Assembly (NCBI GenBank): GCA_043801585.1
Contig: JAZDLX010000207.1
Span: 1-15,303, forward strand
Source: a bacterium
GTDB taxonomy: Bacteria > Electryoneota > Electryoneia > Electryoneales > Electryoneaceae
DNA length: 15,303 nucleotides
Direction: 5' to 3'
The notes beneath the pieces were generated by a model that did no database searches, was not told where the DNA came from, and saw only the letters and a list, made by a program, of their open reading frames with translations. The translations under genes and the position numbers were made by a program. Below are positions 15,303 to 15,303 of the stretch, piece after piece (position 1 is the stretch's first letter; each line of letters begins with the position of its first letter).

Positions 15303-15303
15303 G

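Overview
GC-rich (roughly 55-60%) bacterial chromosomal window. The gene content (GWxTD protein, PD40 lipoprotein, cNMP-aspartase fusion) suggests an FCB-superphylum-like Gram-negative organism; this is inference. Genes in order: 3' end of a hypothetical protein (+); aspartate ammonia-lyase fused to an N-terminal cNMP-binding domain (-); secreted GWxTD-domain protein (-); PD40/TolB-like lipoprotein (+); PAS-PAS hybrid histidine kinase (-); ada/alkA fusion plus ogt alkylation-repair operon (-); divergent secreted GyrI-like protein (+); MacB/LolD-type ABC ATPase plus permease (-); DUF2892 membrane protein (-); tandem GNAT acetyltransferase (-); 3' end of a transglutaminase-like protein (-). The most interesting signals are non-coding. 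(1) A ~270-nt run of abutting helices between two convergent genes (10561-10832) is a candidate unassigned ncRNA or non-autonomous element RNA. (2) A complete sigma-54 promoter with IHF site and enhancer palindrome (4345-4475) points into a ~390-nt non-coding leader or sRNA upstream of the GWxTD gene. (3) Several REP-type palindrome families are present. No CRISPR array, rRNA, tRNA or transposase was seen.
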